DNA of 63,122 nt, filler included, from Octopus bimaculoides (lineage: Eukaryota): assembly GCF_001194135.2 (NCBI RefSeq). It is 8 parts of 6 records of this genome, joined end to end, with 100 filler letters (N's around TTAATTAATTAA, not from the genome) between each part and the next. Parts side by side here need not be neighbours in the genome. Positions count along the whole stretch, not along the records: positions 57,274 to 60,291 come from NC_068989.1; positions 60,392 to 63,122 come from NC_068981.1; 6 more parts are not named here. One strand, written 5' to 3'. Positions 59,674 to 63,122 of the stretch are shown piece by piece. How positions within the stretch are numbered: the first letter of the stretch is position 1; every line of letters starts with the position of its first letter. The notes beneath the pieces were generated by a model that saw only the letters and a list, made by a program, of their open reading frames with translations, did no database searches and was not told the origin of the DNA. The position numbers were made by a program, and so were the translations under genes.

Positions 59674-59971
59674 CATTATTGTAATCGTTTTCTGAATCAC
59701 TTTCACTCGCACTAGACTCGTGCACACCATCACTTGTTGATGCGATCGCCGATTCACAAGCGCCCGTAGACGGACTCGCAGATTACATTTTAAAAAACAA
59801 GTCTAGAGTTGTTTTCTTAGAAGAAGCATTTTTTCGCTCTCTATAAATTTATCGGTAACACGTAGAAGCATTTATGGTGATAGAAACTTTTCCACTTTGT
59901 TCAAAATTTGGATTTTGTGCTTGAAAAATATAACTCGTAAAGCGAGTTCACGTAAGTGAGGTATTTCTGTT

Positions 59972-60290
59972 ATACATACACTGGCAATATGTCGGTTACG
60001 TCGACGAATATTTCAGTTGACACGATCAACTGAACAGCCTGCTCACGAAATTAACGTGCAAGTCGTTGAGTACTCTACAAACATCCGTATCTTCAACGTA
60101 GTTCTTAAGGAGATTCAGCATGACACAGGATGCGAAAGAGCTGGTCCTTTGAATTACAGATACAACTCACTTTTGCTAGCTGAATGAAGTGGAACAACAT
60201 GAAATAAAGTGTCTCGCTCAAGGACACATCGCACTGCCAGGAATCAAACACACGTGAGCTCAACACCCTAACCACTAATCCACGCTCCTT
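59972..60290 (-). mobile_element. SINE family D
   Basis: GAACAGCCTGCTC..AATTAACGTGCAAGT...CCTTTGAATTAC...GCTCAAGGACACA (CORE-like)...CACCCTAACCACT. Confidence 0.75.
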
Positions 60291-60611
60291 TNNNNNNNNN
60301 NNNNNNNNNNNNNNNNNNNNNNNNNNNNNNNNNNNTTAATTAATTAANNNNNNNNNNNNNNNNNNNNNNNNNNNNNNNNNNNNNNNNNNNNATATATATA
60401 TATATATATACGTATGATAGGTGGGTGTTTCTATGTATGTATTGTATTACAATGCACAAAATGCAAATAACTTTGTGCATGTTTTATATATATATGTATT
60501 TGTATGTATATACGCATGTGTGTATGTGTGTATGCTTGTGTGTGGTGTGTGTGTGTGTGTGTGAACACATGTAGATGTTTTGTTTTGTATTGAAAGCTAT
60601 TCTGTTCGTAT

Positions 60612-60820
60612 GTAAGGCGCGGTGGCAGAATCGTTTGCATGTTGGCGGAATATGCTTAGTTGCTTTCCCTCTGTCTTTGAGTTCGATATTCGCTCAGTTC
60701 GACTTTTCCTTTTATCCCTTTCAGAGTCGATAAAACAATTACCACTAGAGTACATGAGTCGATATAATCGACCATCACTCCCCCGACATGTCAGGCCTTG
60801 TGCCTATGGTGGGAAGGCTT
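60612..60820 (+). mobile_element. SINE family C
   Basis: AAGGCGCGGTGGCAGAATCG...TTTGAGTTCGAT...GAGTCGATAAAA...GGCCTTGTGCCTATGG. Confidence 0.75.
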
Positions 60821-60873
60821 ATGCCGTGTGTATGCATGTGTGCAGACACATATATGTACACAAACATGTAGTA

Positions 60874-60918
<45 letters not shown>

Positions 60919-60924
60919 GTACAG

Positions 60925-61310
60925 GTGCAGGAGGGGCTGTGTGGTAAGTAGCTTGCTAACCAACCACATGGTTTCGAGTTCAGTCCCGCTGCGTGGAACC
61001 TTGGGCAAGTGTCTTCTACTATAGCCCCGGGCCGACCAAAGCCTTGTGAGTGGATTTGGTAGACAAAAACTGAAAGTAGCCCGTCGTGTACATATGTGTG
61101 TGTGTGTGTTTGTGTGTCTGTGTTTATCCTCCCACCATCGCTTGACAACCGATGCTGGTGCGTTTACGTCCCCGTAACTTAGCAGCTCGGTAAAAGAGAC
61201 CGATAGAACAAGTGCTAGGCTTACAAACAATAAATCCTGGGGTCGATTTGCTCGACTAAAGGCGGTGCTCCAGCATGGCCGCAGTCAAATGATTGAAACA
61301 AGTAAAAGCA
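60925..61310 (+). mobile_element. SINE A-B composite, second full copy
   Basis: Collinear with 46638-47043 including the internal TG tract. Confidence 0.85.
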
Positions 61311-61559
61311 TAAAAGAATATATATATATATANNNNNNNNNNNNNNNNNNNNNNNNNNNNNNNNNNNNNNNNNNNNNNNNNNNNNNNNNNNNNNNNNNNN
61401 NNNNNNNNNNNNNNNNNNNNNNNNNNNNNNNNNNNNNNNNNNNNNNNNNNNNNNNNNNNNNNNNNNNNNNNNNNNNNNNNNNNNTATATATGTGAATACA
61501 TTCATTCATGCATACATATATTTAATAAAATTTCACAAACACACACTCATACACATACA

Positions 61560-61652
<93 letters not shown>

Positions 61653-61741
61653 GACAGACATACAGAGAGAGACAGACAGACAGAGAGAGACAGACAGACA
61701 GAGAGAGACAGACAGAGAGAGACAGAGAGAGACAGAGATAT

Positions 61742-62110
61742 ACTGAAAGAGCTACGATGGGCGAAGTATGCAGTGATATATGTGTGGAAGATACAGGAGG
61801 GGCTGACATCAGACTTTGGATATACCAAACCTCGAAATGGACGTCACTGCTCTGTTCCAGAAGTCCCAGCTGTCCCATCTAAAGAGAGGACCATGTTCTG
61901 CAATAGCTTGGAATTCAAGGGCTCACAGCTATTTAACTCCTTGACAAAACATCTGAGGGATCTCCACGGAGTGGAGGGTAGATGTTTTCAAGAAACAACT
62001 TGACCTCCTACTTTCCAAGGTCCCAGATGAACCAATATCAAGGCAGGAAACTCAAAAGAGGGCAGCAGTGTCGAACTCCTTCCTTCACCAAAAGCTAATC
62101 ACATAAGATT
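61742..62110 (+). mobile_element. CR1/L2-type LINE ORF2 C-terminal fragment
   Basis: YAVIYVWKIQEGL...RNGRHC-VP...NSLEFKGSQLFNSLTKHLRDL...FKKQLDLLLSKVPDEP. Confidence 0.8.
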
Positions 62111-62589
62111 GACCATTCAAAAGGTAATTACACTGGCGGTGCCCCAGCATGGCCACAGCCTTAGGGATGAAACATATGAGAAAGAATAAGAGAAAGAATA
62201 TATATATATATATATATTATCTTTTACTGGTTTCAGCCAAAGACTGGGGCCATGCTGGAGCACTGCTTTTCGGTGTGTTTGGGTTTCATTTCTGTACTGT
62301 TATTGGTGAAGTTTCGCGCCTATTATTGCACTGGGCACTATATACGACTCATCAGTGTTGCTGGCCAGAACCACATAGCCTCTTAACCGAGGAAAGTAAA
62401 TATACAGTCTTGGTCAGTTGTACGATTCCAGCTGTAGCCGAAGTGGGTCAGCCGTGCCAGCATATATGTTTCCCCGTTTTCTAGGTCACAAACAGGGGAG
62501 ACCACGTTTCCAAAACGAATTTTCTGTCATGAATACGATGGCTAAAAATTTCACTTTTTAAATTCAAGAAGATGTTTTAGCATCATTGT

Positions 62590-63122
62590 CCTCTCAGTCA
62601 AACAAAGTATGCGCCGTCTACTTCTGCAAGGTATGGCCCAGCAGCTTCCATTTAACAAGTTCATGGCGTTCCCTCCTGGTCGATGCAACACCTGAGGCTG
62701 TGATCTATGAAGCAAGAGTGCTGTCCAACAGTAGCAGCAACAATAGCATCAACAACGAAAGGACGCACGCACACGGAAATATGTTGGAGCAACGGAGGTC
62801 CATGTAAGGCCAAGTTAAATAACCACAAGTTCTCTTTTTGGATCTCGGAGAGTCATAACGTTATAACCTTTACCAGCTATGTATGGCAATTAAAAGAAGA
62901 GGGATACCATACGAAATTAACCGGAAGCTGCCGGAACACATTGCGCCATGACGGAGGAATTTCAACCATGTTTCGTGGTCTGCTACCACAACAGCTCCTT
63001 TATAGGATCCAGTTAGCTGAAGACATCATCAGGAGGAACCACGTCCGGTTTCGGCCCCTACTCCTCTACCGTTTTGACGTGGCGGGGCCCCTCCTTTCGG
63101 AGGTGTCTTCAGCTCTGGTGTT
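62590..63122 (+). mobile_element. Penelope-like element relic: GIY-YIG endonuclease remnant followed by structured terminal region
   Basis: Across frameshifts: EAVIYEARV...RKYVGATE/GPCKAKLNNHKFSF...TFTSYVWQLKEEG/IPYEINRKL, i.e. VIY/YVG plus the RxxxH-equivalent and C-terminal pattern of PLE endonucleases. Confidence 0.75.
62960..63112 (-). ncRNA. Two tandem hammerhead-ribozyme-like motifs (PLE-associated variant)
   Basis: Minus strand: CUGAAGA-[CCUCC-GAAA-GGAGG]-GGCCCC..GGGGCC-GAAAC and CUGAUGA-[CAGCU..AGCUG]-GUGGU-AGCAG-ACCAC-GAAAC; stems I/III imperfect. Confidence 0.45.

Noticed and set aside
63030-63114. HDV-like ribozyme fold (pseudoknotted CCACGTC/GACGTGG and GGCCCC/GGGGCC)
   Set aside because: Could not place P3/L3, P1.1 and the catalytic C in the correct order on either strand; the hammerhead-like reading fits better.

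Overview
AT-rich, microsatellite-dense eukaryotic scaffold with many N gaps, almost certainly from an octopod cephalopod (Octopus-like). It holds one intact protein-coding gene: a 6-coding-exon, 215-aa lens S-crystallin (sigma-class GST-derived) on the + strand at 14770-20418. All five introns are GT-AG, a 30-nt micro-exon encodes the S-crystallin loop, and there is a candidate TATA/AP-1-ARE-like promoter. The rest is decayed transposable elements: a Tc1 transposase relic, several MITEs, RTE and CR1/L2-type LINE ends, five restriction-like-endonuclease retrotransposon fragments (R4/Dong-like and HERO-like), Penelope-like relics and several tRNA-derived SINE families. Most unusual signals: (1) two tandem hammerhead-like motifs with extra hairpins and mutually exclusive pairings next to a Penelope GIY-YIG relic at the window end; (2) an in-frame candidate cassette exon that would lengthen the S-crystallin loop; (3) a 42-bp triplication with (TTAGGG)2 at the junctions; (4) a dense TTGCA/octamer/ARE cluster upstream of the crystallin. 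Nearly all ORFs in the supplied track are microsatellite or N-gap artefacts. Repeat coordinates are approximate (about +/-10-20 bp); family names were assigned by eye, not by database search.
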